Shown: positions 22,277-34,340 of the stretch, piece by piece
Numbering within the stretch: the stretch's first letter is position 1
How the letters are laid out: each line of letters begins with the position of its first letter
Source: Mobula hypostoma
Lineage: Eukaryota
DNA length: 64,000 nt
Reading direction: 5' to 3'
NCBI RefSeq assembly: GCF_963921235.1
Contig: NC_086108.1
Span: 83,144,001-83,208,000, forward strand
Position numbers and translations under genes: made by a program
The notes under the pieces: model-generated
Database searches by the model: none
What the model saw: only the letters and a program-made list of their open reading frames with translations
Told to the model about the DNA's origin: nothing

Positions 22277-22530
22277 GCACGGTAACGTAACGGTTAGCCT
22301 AGTGTTTTACAGCACCAGAGACCTGGGTTCGATTCCCATCATGGTCTGTCAGGAGCTGGCACATATTCCTTATGACCATGTAACTTTCCTCTGATTGCTC
22401 AGATTTTCTCCCACATTCCAAAGACATATAGGTCAGTAGGTTAGTTGGACACATGCGTGCAGTTGCGGGCACAGGCTCATTGGGCTGGAAGGCCCTGTTG
22501 TCATGCGGAATCCCTAAATAAATAAATATT
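22277..22530 (+). mobile_element. Full-length tRNA-derived V-domain-type SINE (HE1-like)
   Basis: A-box-like ggtaacgtaacgg, B box gggttcgattccc, central ttctcccacattccaaagac, CR1-like tail gggctggaaggccctg and (TAAA)n. Confidence 0.75.
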
Positions 22531-25269
22531 AATCCTTATGATAGAACTTTACAACATAGAAAGAAATCTTTCAAACTAACAGATCTTCAAAAGACAGTCC
22601 AATTTAAGTGACAACATATTCTCCCTTAACTGAAAATTTATATTTTATTTATTAGTTCCGGAGATGCTGACTTTCCTGACATTTATACATCCCTATATTA
22701 AAGAAGCGCATGGCCAAGTGGTTAAGGCGTTGGACTAGCGATCTGAAGAAGCAGTTAGTTAGGTGTTCACCACATTGCTGAGAGAACTTTTTAAGCTAGA
22801 TTTATTTAAATAATTGAGTTTAAATTCCATAAGCATTTGATTGGTGTCTTAGACTATGAGTTCAGTGATCATTCATCATCATTATGTGTTGTATGACATA
22901 GGCACTCATGGTCTCCGTAACCATGATTGTTCTTGTCAAATTTTTCTATGGAAATGGTTTCCCATTGCCTATTGCTGGGTAGCGTCTTTACAAGATGGGT
23001 GACCCCAGCTATTATCAATGCTTTTCAGAGATTGTCTGCCTGGTATCAGTGGTCACATAACCAGGACTTGTGATATGCACCAGTCACTATTATGACCATC
23101 CACAACCTGCTCCTATGGCTTCACAGGACCCTAGGTTGTTGGGGGGGTGGGGGTGAAGCTAAGCAAGCACTAAACCTTGGCCAAGGGTGATCTGCAGGCT
23201 CGTGGAGGGAAGGAGCCTCTCCCAACTCCTTTGGTAAAGATGTATCTGCACCCTGCTACCCAAACCACATTACCAAACCCTAAGTTCACTCTCAAATACA
23301 TGGCCAATTACCTTCTGAGACTTCCTGCATAACTGGACTCAATCAAGATTTCAGATATCGTATATCTGTCATTATCAGTTCTCTGTGCAAAAGATTTCCA
23401 CATTTCATTCTAGTTCTTAATTATTTTAAATCTTTGGCCGGGTTATTGGCCTACATGCCAGAGGAAAGTTACCCATCTACTTATTCTGCAAACTATTAAT
23501 TGGTTTTGAATCCCATTCATATATAGATGATTTAAAGGATAATTGACTATTAAGCAAAATACCTTAGAGGCAATCTTTGAGGCAGTGCTCCCAGAGGAGC
23601 ATTTAACACAGTGAAATCACTTTATATTTGAACATGTAAAATTACTAATGAATGAATCACAATTTTATGCAATTTATTCTTAAGAATGAAAAGCAAACTA
23701 GCTACAAAGTAAATAGGATAACCCAATTCACTGAGGAGCCTTGAAACTGAATAAACATTTATTTATGCAAACAAAAACAGCATTGTTTCCATATTTTAGC
23801 TGACTGGATAGGAAATATAAGTCCTCCGATTCAGGGAATTGGTGTAAGTTACACACATCATTCTTCCCTTTCATGAATAGTTCATAATCAGCATCCAGGA
23901 AGGGGCAAATTGCTCGAAGTTATAAAGGATTGAGAAGCCAGTTATATAGGAAGTCTCAGAGGGTAATTGGACATACTGTATATGTGAGAGTGAGTTCAGG
24001 ATTTGGTGGCATGAATCACTGGATTCATAGTCTAAGACTCAGATCAAATCCCACCAGGCCATAGGGAATTTAAAGTCAAGTATTAAAATAACTCATTTTT
24101 TTAATGGTGGTCTCAGTAATGGTAACTATAAAGCAAATTAAATATAAATAGAAAATACTGAAATGCTTGGTAGGCCAAGCGGAAAAGGACTCACAGCAGA
24201 CTCAGTGGGCCAGATGACCTAATTATGATCCTATGTCGAATGGTCTTATGGTCCTATAAGATGTGAGAGCAGAAACAGAGTTACCAATTGAAGTTAGTAA
24301 TCTTCAGACTGAAATTCCTATTTGGTTTATTCCAGACCGTATTTTATTTCATCCCATTTTATTGTTGCAAGTACTAAATGAATTATAACATAAACCCTCA
24401 ACAAGTCACGACAGATGCCACTTGATAAAGAGAAATTGCAAATATTTCATTAACATTTTCCCTAATTAATTGCCTCTCATTTTTCAACATCTTTTCCATC
24501 ACTGTTTCTCCTGTGATCAAAGTGTATAATCACTTGAAGCATTTAAGACAAGATTACACCACAAATAATGTTCATTATGCCTGATCTCATAGCTATGACT
24601 TAACCCTCAGACTGCAAAGAGCTCCAGGGAACTCTAGGCAAGATTGTTTATGGTTTAAAAAAAGATAAACACTGAAAACATTAAAATAAATCCTAACATG
24701 ACAATTAATACTCAGGTGCTTTACTGCCACAATATTAATCTTGCGAATGTGACAATTCCTCAGGCGAATGCTTATGTGTTTTTCCCTAAAGACCATCGCT
24801 GAGCAGAAGCTCCATAGTTTTCTATATATAACAGAAAATGCTAAAAAGCTCAGACATAATTCTATTTCATTTGTCTATTCTAACTTTATTGTTGTGCATT
24901 GTAGCTAAAATGAGAGATCTGCTCAAATTGACTTTACTTCAAAATGCAAAATTAATGTCAGAAATTGGTGTGTGTGTCATTTTAGTTTGCAAATTTTGTG
25001 TACAAATTGTGAAGCCACAAAAAATATTGGAAAACCTTTCTTTAAAAGATTGTTAGAGCTAACTGCAAATTTTATGCAGACGCTTATAACCTGTAGGAAC
25101 CTGTCTTAGCAGTATTTGAGGTGCTTCCCAGTGATTCTGAAAGGAGATAAGGTAAGAATTATTGCACTTCATATCAAAGCAACATTTGACTGAGCATTGA
25201 ATTAAACAGTGAATCAAGGAGAAAGCATTCCAATGGTTGGAGCCATACCTTGCACAAAGAAATTGGCTG

Positions 25270-25650
25270 TAAACACAGAGATTCTACAGATACTGGAAAT
25301 CCAGAGCACTCAGCAGGTTAGGCAGCATCTATGGAGAGGAATAAAAGATCAACATTTCGGGCAAGACCCTTCACCAGGATTGGAAAGGAAGGGGGAAGAG
25401 GCCGGAGCAAGAAAGGAAGGGAGGGAGAGGAAGGAGTACAAGCTGCAAGATGATAAGTGAAGCTAGGTGAGGGAGATGGTAGGTGGATACAGGAGGAGGA
25501 ATGAAGAGAGAAGCTGGGAGGTGATAGGTGGAAAAGGTAGAAGGCTGAAAAAGATGGAACCTGATAGAAGAGGAGAGTGGACCATTGCGGAAAGGGAAGG
25601 AGGAGGGGCAACAGAGAGAGGTGATAGACAGATGAGAAGAAGAGAAGCGT
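25270..25650 (-). mobile_element. PLE terminal repeat (solo), degenerate hammerhead
   Basis: Similar to 34341-34760; core reads CTGGTGA...GAAA on the minus strand. Confidence 0.7.
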
Positions 25651-26313
25651 AAGATGGTTGTGGTTGTTTAAGATCAATCATCCCATTTCTAGTGAGTGCA
25701 TTAATGCAAGAGTTCCTCAAACTGACATCCTAGTCCTAACCATTAATGAAGCTACTTATTTAATGATCTTCCTTCCATTGTAAGGTCAGAAGTGTGGATG
25801 TTTGCAGATGATTACAGGATGCATCAAGCAAATGAGGATTGAGCAGGAATCAAGGTGGAGTTGAGCCTAAAGCTGAACTGAGGCCAGCACCACTTCTGTG
25901 CTGGAGATGAGATCAGGGCTGGGGTGGGTCCAGGCCAGTAATAAACTTAGTGTTGTGAGAAAAGCCAGTCATGAGTCTGGGTCTTAGAATCAAGCTGGAC
26001 ATGAAAATGAAGCACCTTTAAGCCAAGTTCCATGACTGTGAGCCTGAGGATGTTGTGCTAAGATTGGGCTGGGAGAAAGTGTGAAGCTGCGATTGGCTGG
26101 AGATGAGCCAAGGATTGGAATCAGGCCAGGGGTCAACCTGCGGCCATTGAGTGCTAGGGTCTGCAATTGGGCCATGCAGACCTGGCTCTTGCAAAGGCAC
26201 TCTGTTTATATTATATTTAAAATCAGAGGCAGCAAATGGTTTATAGAAATAAAAATGAAGTGAAGTCACCTTTTGTAATCCTTGTTAAAATGGTTTATTT
26301 GCACAGGATGTAA

Positions 26314-28792
26314 ATAGAAACATAGAAACATAGAAAATAGGTGCAGAAGTAGGCCATTTGGCCCTTCGAGCCTGCACCGCCATTTATTATGATCATGGCT
26401 GATCCTCCAACTCAGAACCCTGCCCCAGCCTTCCCTCCATACCCCCTGACCCCCGTAGCCACAAGGGCCATATCTAACTCCCTCTTAAATATAGCCAATG
26501 AACTGGCCTCAACTGTTTCCTGTGGCAGAGAATTCCACAGATTCACCACTCTCTGTGTGAAGAAGTTTTTCCTAATCTCGGTCCTAAAAGGCTTCCCCTC
26601 TATCCTCAAACTGTGGCCCCTCGTTCTGAACTTCCCCAACATCAGGAACAATCTTCCTGCATCTAGCCTGTCCAATCCCTTTAGGATCTTATACGTTTCA
26701 ATCAGATCCCCCCTCAATCTTCTAAATTCCAACGAGTACAAGCCCAGTTCATCCAGTCTTTCTTCATATGAAAGTCCTGCCATCCCAGGAATCAATCTGG
26801 TGAACCTTCTTTGTACTCCCTCTATGGCAAGGATGCCTTTCCTCAGATTAGGGGACCAAAACTGCACACAATACTCCAGGTGTGGTCTCACCAAGGCCTT
26901 GTACAACTGCAGTAGTACCTCCCTGCTCCTGTACTCGAATCCTCTCGCTATAAATGGCAGCATACCATTCACCTTTTTCACCGCCTGCTGTACCTGCATG
27001 CCCACTTTCAATGACTGGTGTATAATGACACCCAGGTCTCGTTGCACCTCCCCTTTCCCTAATCGGCCACCATTCAGATAATAATCTGTTTTCCTATTTT
27101 TGCCACCAAAGTGGATAACTTCACATTTATCCACATTAAATTGCATCTGCCATGAATTTGCCCACTCACCCAACCTATCCAAGTCACCCTGCATCCTCTT
27201 CGCATCCTCCTCACAGCTAACACTGCCACCCAGCTTCGTGTCATCCGCAAACTTGGAGATGCTGCATTTAATTCCCTCATCCAAGTCATTAATATATATT
27301 GTAAACAACTGGAGTCCCAGCACTGAGCCTTGCGGTACCCCACTAGTCACCGCCTGCCATTCTGAAAAGGTCCCGTTTATTCCCACTCTTTGCTTCCTGT
27401 CTGCTAACCAATTCTCCACCCACACCAATACCTTACCCCCAATACCATGTGCTTTAAGTTTGCACACTAATCTCCTGTGTGGGACCTTGTCAAAAGCCTT
27501 TTGAAAATCCAAATATACCACATCCACTGGTTCTCCCCTATCCACTCTACTAGTTACATCCTCAAAAAATTCTATGAGATTCGTCAGACATGATTTTCCT
27601 TTCACAATTCCGTGCTGACTTTGTCTAATCATTTCACCGCTTTCCAAATGTGCTGTTATCACATCCTTGATAACTGACTCCAGCAGTTTCCCCACCACCG
27701 ACGTTAGGCTAACCGGTCTATAATTCCCCGGTTTCTCTCTCCCTCCTTTTTTAAAAAGTGGAGTTACATTAGTCACTCTCCAATCCTCAGGAATTAGTCC
27801 AGAATCTAACGAGTTTTGAAAAATTATCACTAATGCATCCACTATTTCTTGGGCTACTTCCTTAAGCACTCTAGGATGCAGACCATCTGGCCCTGGGGAT
27901 TTATCTGCCTTTAATCCCTTCAATTTACCTAACACCACTTCCCTACTAACATGTATTTTGCTCAGTTCCTCCATCTCACTGGACCCTCTGTCCCCTACTA
28001 TTTCTGGAAGATTATTTATGTCCTCCTTAGTGAAGACAGAACCAAAGTAATTATTCAATTGGTCTGCCATGTCCTTGCTCCCCATAATCAATTCACCTGT
28101 TTCTGTCTGCAGGGGACCTACATTTGTCTTTACCAGTCTTTTCCTTTTTACATATCTATAAAAGCTTTTATAGTCCGTTTTTATGTTCCCTGCCAGTTTT
28201 CTCTCATAATCTTTTTTCCCCTTCCTAATTAAGCCCTTTGTCCTCCTCTGCTGAACTCTGAATTTCTCCCAGTCCTCAGGTGAGCCACTTTCTCTGGCTA
28301 ACTTGTATGCTTCTTCTTTGGAATTGATACTATCCCTAATTTCTCTTGTCAGCCACGGGTGCACTACCTTCCTTGATTTATTTTTTTGCCAAACTGGGAT
28401 GAACAATTGTTGTAGTTCATCCATGCAACCTTTAAATGCTTGCCATTGCATATCCACCGTCAATCCTTTAAGTGTCATTTGCCAGTCTATCTTAGCTAAT
28501 TCACGTCTCATACCTTCAAAGTTACCCCTCTTTAAGTTCAGAACCTTTGTTTCTGAATTAACTATGTCACTCTCCATTTTAATGAAGAATTCCACCATAT
28601 TATGGTCACTCTTACCCAAGGGGCCTCTCACGACAAGATCGCTAATTAACCCTTCCTCATTGCTCAAAACCCAGTCCAGGATAGCCTGCTCTCTAGTTGG
28701 TTCCTTGACATGTTGGTTCAAAAAACCATCCCGCATACATTCCAAGAAATCCTCTTCCTCAGCACCTTTTCCAATTTGGTTCACCCAATCTA
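26314..28792 (-). mobile_element. Young 5'-truncated CR1 LINE
   Basis: Tail (ctatgttt)n at 26314-26336, CR1 3' UTR, intact ORF2 segment. Confidence 0.93.
26412..28784 (-). CDS. CR1 ORF2 fragment (endonuclease C-half + complete RT), 790 aa uninterrupted
   Basis: [65 protein letters not shown]. Confidence 0.88.
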   Translation of the reverse strand: MNQIGKGAEEEDFLECMRDGFLNQHVKEPTREQAILDWVLSNEEGLISDLVVRGPLGKSDHNMVEFFIKMESDIVNSETKVLNLKRGNFEGMRRELAKIDWQMTLKGLTVDMQWQAFKGCMDELQQLFIPVWQKNKSRKVVHPWLTREIRDSINSKEEAYKLARESGSPEDWEKFRVQQRRTKGLIRKGKKDYERKLAGNIKTDYKSFYRYVKRKRLVKTNVGPLQTETGELIMGSKDMADQLNNYFGSVFTKEDINNLPEIVGDRGSSEMEELSKIHVSREVVLGKLKGLKADKSPGPDGLHPRVLKEVAQEIVDALVIIFQNSLDSGLIPEDWRVTNVTPLFKKGGREKPGNYRPVSLTSVVGKLLESVIKDVITAHLESGEMIRQSQHGIVKGKSCLTNLIEFFEDVTSRVDRGEPVDVVYLDFQKAFDKVPHRRLVCKLKAHGIGGKVLVWVENWLADRKQRVGINGTFSEWQAVTSGVPQGSVLGLQLFTIYINDLDEGIKCSISKFADDTKLGGSVSCEEDAKRMQGDLDRLGEWANSWQMQFNVDKCEVIHFGGKNRKTDYYLNGGRLGKGEVQRDLGVIIHQSLKVGMQVQQAVKKVNGMLPFIARGFEYRSREVLLQLYKALVRPHLEYCVQFWSPNLRKGILAIEGVQRRFTRLIPGMAGLSYEERLDELGLYSLEFRRLRGDLIETYKILKGLDRLDAGRLFLMLGKFRTRGHSLRIEGKPFRTEIRKNFFTQRVVNLWNSLPQETVEASSLAIFKRELDMALVATGVRGYGGKAGAGF

Positions 28793-29979
28793 CAAATCAC
28801 AACCATTGGATCCTGTTTTTGCCAAGTCTAAAAAAATTGTAGCTATAAGGGAGGTTCGGATAGTTTCCAACTATTTGTGTTGGAATAAGGAGGCAAAACT
28901 AAAGCTGATATATATATATATAAAGTATGAGAGCTCAAATTTTGTAAAACAGGAATGCCATCAAAAATCAGGCAGCATAAATTCGAAGCAAAAAGCCATC
29001 TGCTGGGGTAACTCAGCTGGTTGAACAGCACCTCTGGGTGGTGAGGTAGATTAGTTTCAACTTCATTGTCATTGTGCCGAGACCAGATACAAAGCCAATG
29101 AAATGCAATCAGCATCTGACCAGAAGTGCAAAAGAGTAGTATTATTTACAAAACAACTGCGAATAAAAAGTAAGTGCTACACATACAAATATAAAAGTAC
29201 TGAGACAGTCCAATATGGGTGCAATACTGCTTAGTGCTTAGGGGCAAAGGAACAGCTAAGATTTTAGATCAAAACCCTGTATCAATTCAAAACATTGACA
29301 ATTACTGTTCCCCCCACCCCGCCAATACTGCTTGACCTGCAGATTGCTTCAGATTACAACATCTGCTGTCTCTTGTGTCTCTGCATGCATAGTAATTGTG
29401 AGAAAGATTGGAGGTAAAACATTTTCATTGGTAGGGTGGTAGTGACTTGCAGACAGTTTTTAGTTTTGCATCTCTACATCTTGCATCTCTACATGTAAAG
29501 GAATTGTTGGAGGGATCAGAGGAAGATGAGAAAAAACAGATTCACTTGTAGAGTGGTAGACTGGAAGTAGAGTAGAGGCAGAAACCCTCATCATATTAAA
29601 ACTGTGCTTGGCTGTATCCTGATGAGCTGTGCCTGGCAGATCTCCATAAGGTTCGATCAGGTCATTGTGCTTCATTGCAGAGATGCTGGGCTAAATGATT
29701 CCTTCTCTGTTGTAAATTCTGTATCGTTTTACCATTCTGTCCTAAAATATGCTTTGTTCATTGCTGATGTAATTATGTGCACACAGTGTGAGAGCAGATA
29801 ACAATAACAGTAAGGTGAATCACAGCAGAAGGTTTCTGAACCAGTCTCCTGATGAGCTGAACTTCACCAGGAAATGTGCGAGAACACTGCAAAACATGTC
29901 AAGTCTAGATGCTGGGAGTTATTTATGCGTTAAATGACAAGCACAAAATGAGTTATAAGGTAAGAGAAGATGAGTTTAT

Positions 29980-30290
29980 AAGATTAGCTTTATTTGTCAC
30001 ATGAACATCAAAACATCGAAACATACAGTGTAATATGTAGTTTTGTGTCAATGACTGACACAGTCTGAGAATGTGCTAGGGGGCAGCCCACAAGTGTTGT
30101 CACCATTCTGGTGCCAACAAAGCATGCCCACTACTTGCAAACCCCAACCCTAACCTATTCGGCTTTGGAAAGTGGGGTGAAACCCATGTGGTCACAAGCA
30201 GAACATGCAAACTCCTTACAGCCTGCAGTGGGAATTGAACCCCAATCGGTGAGCACTGAGTGTTGTGCTGACTGCTACTCTATCCTGTCA
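29980..30290 (-). mobile_element. tRNA-derived SINE, degenerate
   Basis: agattagctttatttgtcac tail and gggaattgaaccc B box; similar to 37200-37500. Confidence 0.6.
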
Positions 30291-30455
30291 ATAGTGTGAG
30301 AAGATTGAACATTGCCACTGCACATCTCCTCCATTTAAGGGAGGTACATAAACCAAAGTATATTTAACATGAGGTCTAATACTTAAAAAGGGTATAAACA
30401 TTGGTGCCAAGCTGTTAAAAGAACAACAGAACCAGAAAGAAATTATTGTACCTAC

Positions 30456-30603
30456 CTAATGCACCTGCACCGAGAAAGATACCACCCACTGCATCAGCCC
30501 CACAATAACTGGAGACTCCCAAAATAATGCAGCCCGCCACGATTGAAATGGCTGAACACGACACCCGCAGGCAGTAGAACTGGTTGAGACTAACACCGTT
30601 CAT
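30456..30603 (-). CDS. Putative first coding exon of an unidentified small membrane-protein gene (MNGVSLNQFYCLRVSCSAISIVAGCIILGVSSYCGADAVGGIFLGAGAL-G)
   Basis: The ATG at 30603 has an in-frame TGA immediately upstream. The exon is 148 nt (49 codons + 1) and ends at TTAG|GTAGGT. The sequence is non-repetitive, the peptide is hydrophobic, and it joins in frame with the 14625-14693 exon. Confidence 0.75.
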
Positions 30604-31971
30604 TCACTTCTCAGTTCAAATCCATACCAAACCAAATCAAAAACAGAAATTTATTTTAGATGTCTTCAGTGGCATGTTGTACACTTGGTTTGGATCAACA
30701 GCAGTGTGGGAGACTGGGTCCTTATAAAAGTTTTACATTGAATAAGTATTACCTTACCACTCTAGGGTTCATCTAGTTTCCTTCTTACTGGTTACACTTA
30801 TATGTACGCTCAAGTTGAAAATTAATCTATCCCACGCCAAGGTTTGTGTGCACTGTATATTATTTAAAATGTGATCTATCTCTCTTAGAAATTACGAACA
30901 AGTCATGTCTCAATCCTAAACAGACTGATAAACATAAGTTGCAATCATTTAATTACAATTTTTCCTGGTTTTGTTTTCTATGGTTTTCTATTAGTTTTCT
31001 CTTATCTGCCAACATTATTTCCAACATTCTTATGCAACCTTAGATCACATTATACATACACCTGATGCTTTTCAGCCCAGTGTACACTTTTTCATTGTCC
31101 CTGACCATGGAGCTATGATATAATAACCACTACTCAAATGGGACCTCCAGCAAATTTCAGGCAAGATTATTTTCTTAAAATATACATTGACATTGTTGTG
31201 ATAAATGGTAATATTGCGATACCTTTCTATAGACTATTCTATAGATTTGCTGAGTACGCTCGTAGGAAAATGCATCTCACGGTTGTAAATGGTGATATGT
31301 GTGCTTTGATAATAAAGTTTACTTTGACTTTGAGTTTATTCAATGGCTTCATGGCCATAACAATTCTACAATCTCAGGAGTCAGAAAGGAGTCAGAGAGC
31401 AAGTCTGTTTGCATAAAACACCAATATTTGTGGCAAAAGCTACTTCCACAGTACTTCCACTCAGAACAGCTACTTTCCTACAGGTTCTTCAACCAACCTG
31501 CACAGCCCAAATTGTACTTTAGCAATGGAGCACTACAGAACATCTCTTGCACTACCACGGACTTGTCTCTAATTGTGTTTTCATTGTGCACTGATGTCTT
31601 GTTTTGCACAGTCATTTCTTTACTGTCGTGTATAATTTATGTTCTGTTCGTTGTCTTAATCTATATGCCTGTGATGCTGTTACGAGCTTTAATTGTGCAC
31701 ATGACAATAAGCTCAATCTGACTTGTCTTGCAATTTATCATGCCACTCCTAAAACGTTGCACCCAAGACAAGGAAACAAGAGGCATGTCAGAGAGCTCCT
31801 GCACAGTGCTAGGATTTCTGACTATTATACATTACAGTGTAGCATTCATCAGCAGGGCATAGAAGGTCTCAGGAAAAGTTCTAACTGACATTGACACAAA
31901 CGCACCACTGATCCTAGAGTTAATCCTAATCATCCAGGGACTGCAATGACAACTTGCCAGCAGTTTAAATT

Positions 31972-32355
31972 TAGAGTCATAGAGTCAACTTGTCCATGCT
32001 GACTGCATTGCCAGTGAGCTGGTCCCATCTCCCCTTATTTGGCCCCTAGCCCTCTAAACCTCTCCTATCCACGTACTTATCTAGCTGGGTTTTAAATGTT
32101 GCTAATGTACCTCCTTCAACCACTGGCAACTTTTTACAAACACACACACCACTCTTTTCATGAAGAAGTTTACCCCTAATGTCCCTTCTAAATCTCTTGC
32201 CTCTGATCTTAAATCTATGCCCTCTTGATTTTAGCACTCCCTCCCTGAGAAAAATAGACTGTGTGCATTCACCCTGTCTATGGTCTTTATAATCACATAT
32301 ACCTCAATCAGATTACCACTCAATCTTCTACATTCCAGGGAATAATATCCTAATC
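31972..32355 (-). mobile_element. CR1 3' fragment
   Basis: SRGHRFKIRGKRFRRD...FKTQLDKY. Confidence 0.75.
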
Positions 32356-32384
32356 TATGCCCATTGTACCTCAGACCCCCAAAT

Positions 32385-32575
32385 CCAGGAGGAACTCAGC
32401 AGGTCAAGCAGCATTTGAGGGAGGAAAGAAATTGCTGCTGTTTCAGGTAGAAGCTCCTGATCAAGACAAAGCATCAACAATTCCTTTTCTCCAACAGACG
32501 CTGCTCAACCCAGTGAGTTCCTTCAGCAGATTTTGTTCCAAATTCCAGCAAATGTATACACTTGTGTTGCTCTTG
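32385..32575. mobile_element. Degenerate palindromic PLE terminal-repeat remnant
   Basis: ggaggaactcagcaggtcaagcagcat ... cgctgctcaacccagtgagttcc. Confidence 0.55.
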
Positions 32576-33469
32576 ATTAAAGATTAAGTTGCCTTTTAAG
32601 ATCCTCTGAGCTCTCTCTTGCTCCTTCCGCCGGTTAGACAATCTGCTTAAACCTGAATAGTCAGCATTAGTTAGATCTGATATACCAAGAGGGGCTTAGA
32701 GAGACGAAATGCCCAAGCTAGCAAAGACAGAGCATGAGTACCCCATCGACAAAGGTGAATTAGTTTGGTATCCATTCCCTAACCCAGCTACTCTTTTTGT
32801 AATCATCTGTTGTGACATTAGCACATCCCCATCATGTCATAAGTTATGTGCAAGCCCAAACTGTGTCTGCTGATTATGGGGCTTGGATCACTGAAAGATT
32901 TCACAAAGCTGTAAGCACTGTGGTGCTGGGTCTTATTGTTGCAATGGTCTGGAACAAAAATTATCCTGACAGCAGTCATCCTTCACAAGAATAACCTTTA
33001 GAAGTCAAGCAAAGGTGAGCACTGCAATAAGAAAATGAAACTTTTCGAAGTGGATTGCTGCCCAGGAGGGAAATGTTCTATGGTCATAACAATTATTCAT
33101 GAAGCATTTGTTGTAGATGGTGAATGAATATCTATGCTGTTATTCATGTGTCCTATTTGCATTGTGAGGAGGGCTGTGAATTGACATAAATTGGCTTAAT
33201 CACTCTTTCACATAATGCAGGCTCCCACACATTGCCCCATGGACTTTTCACTCATTGTTTGCAATGTTCCGCTTACAATAATATGGGCCCTGTCAGTTTA
33301 TAATCACATTATTAGCCTAATAATGTTTTCATTCAGGCCTGCATTTGCTATTGAACTGAAAGAAAAACGGATTTTTTCTCAAGTACAAGCTGGAATGATG
33401 CTCATCATTACTAATCAAAAAGTATTTGAGCTGCTATCAGTCCCATTGCTCAGGCTAGGTCCACCACAC

Positions 33470-33670
33470 TATTATTATTATTATTAATATTCTTCTTCGC
33501 GCTTGTGGCGCATCGAGCGGCAACTTTGCTGCTGCTTTAGCATTTTCTCTGTTTTTTTTTTACAAGACTAAGTCGCTAGTTCGATGCTCAATCCAGCACG
33601 GCTGCTCAGACTAGAACCCGGATCCACTCACCTCAAAGCCCAGTGCTGATGCCCCTACACCATCGACTGC
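33470..33670 (-). mobile_element. Probable tRNA-derived SINE with (AAT)n tail
   Basis: Minus strand ggtgtaggggcatcagcactgggc...gggttctagtc; (TTA)n at 33471-33486. Confidence 0.45.
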
Positions 33671-34340
33671 CATAAGGCCCGCCACATATTTGCCATTAAA
33701 TCTGAATTGTGGGAAAACGAATTGTCGATGAAGGAATGGGCTGGCCCTTCTGTGGGAGGTGGAGTGAGTTATGCTTCTGATTGGAGCTGGTATTAAAAAA
33801 AAACATGATTTATGTCACCCATGTAAATGTGCGTCAGATGCACACTTGCTCAGTTTAGTCAAAAAAGAATAAAATAGACATGACGCCTGTGAGTTAATAG
33901 TTCTCCATGTCTTTGTGATCATTATAGTTGCAGAATTATGTGGAGTTATCACAAGAACTCACACATGCAAATTGGAGGCAGGGAAGTAAATAAAAGATCA
34001 GTCATAAATAAAAGAGGAGGTTATTGAGTCAGGTAAAACAGCTGCAGTTTGTGGCACTGGCAGATGCCTGACTATACCATTGGTTAACCCTGAGAATTGG
34101 CCAATGTGGACACACAGAGAGCACCAGCCAAAACACAGCCTGTGAGTGACCTTCGGTGTGATGGACGGGGATTAGAGAGCTCCTGATGGGTTCAATGGAA
34201 CATCGAGGAAGGCATGGTGATCAACTGAGACAATCATTGAAATTTAATTGGCACTGAAATGGCAAGAAAATTCATGAATTACCACTTTTGCTGTTAATAG
34301 CATCAGAGAGAAAAGCTCAAAAATTGTATATGATTGGATC

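Noticed and set aside
22705..22748. tRNA-like sequence gcgcatggccaagtggttaaggcgttggact
   Set aside because: Only the 5' half (A box/D arm) is present, with no T arm or acceptor stem; most likely a truncated SINE head.
26389..28842. Plus-strand ORFs of 230, 134 and 179 aa
   Set aside because: Antisense shadows of CR1 ORF2.
30721..30730. TATA box for the minus-strand gene
   Set aside because: The canonical TATAAAAG reads on the plus strand, opposite to the gene; the minus-strand match is weak and the TSS is unknown.
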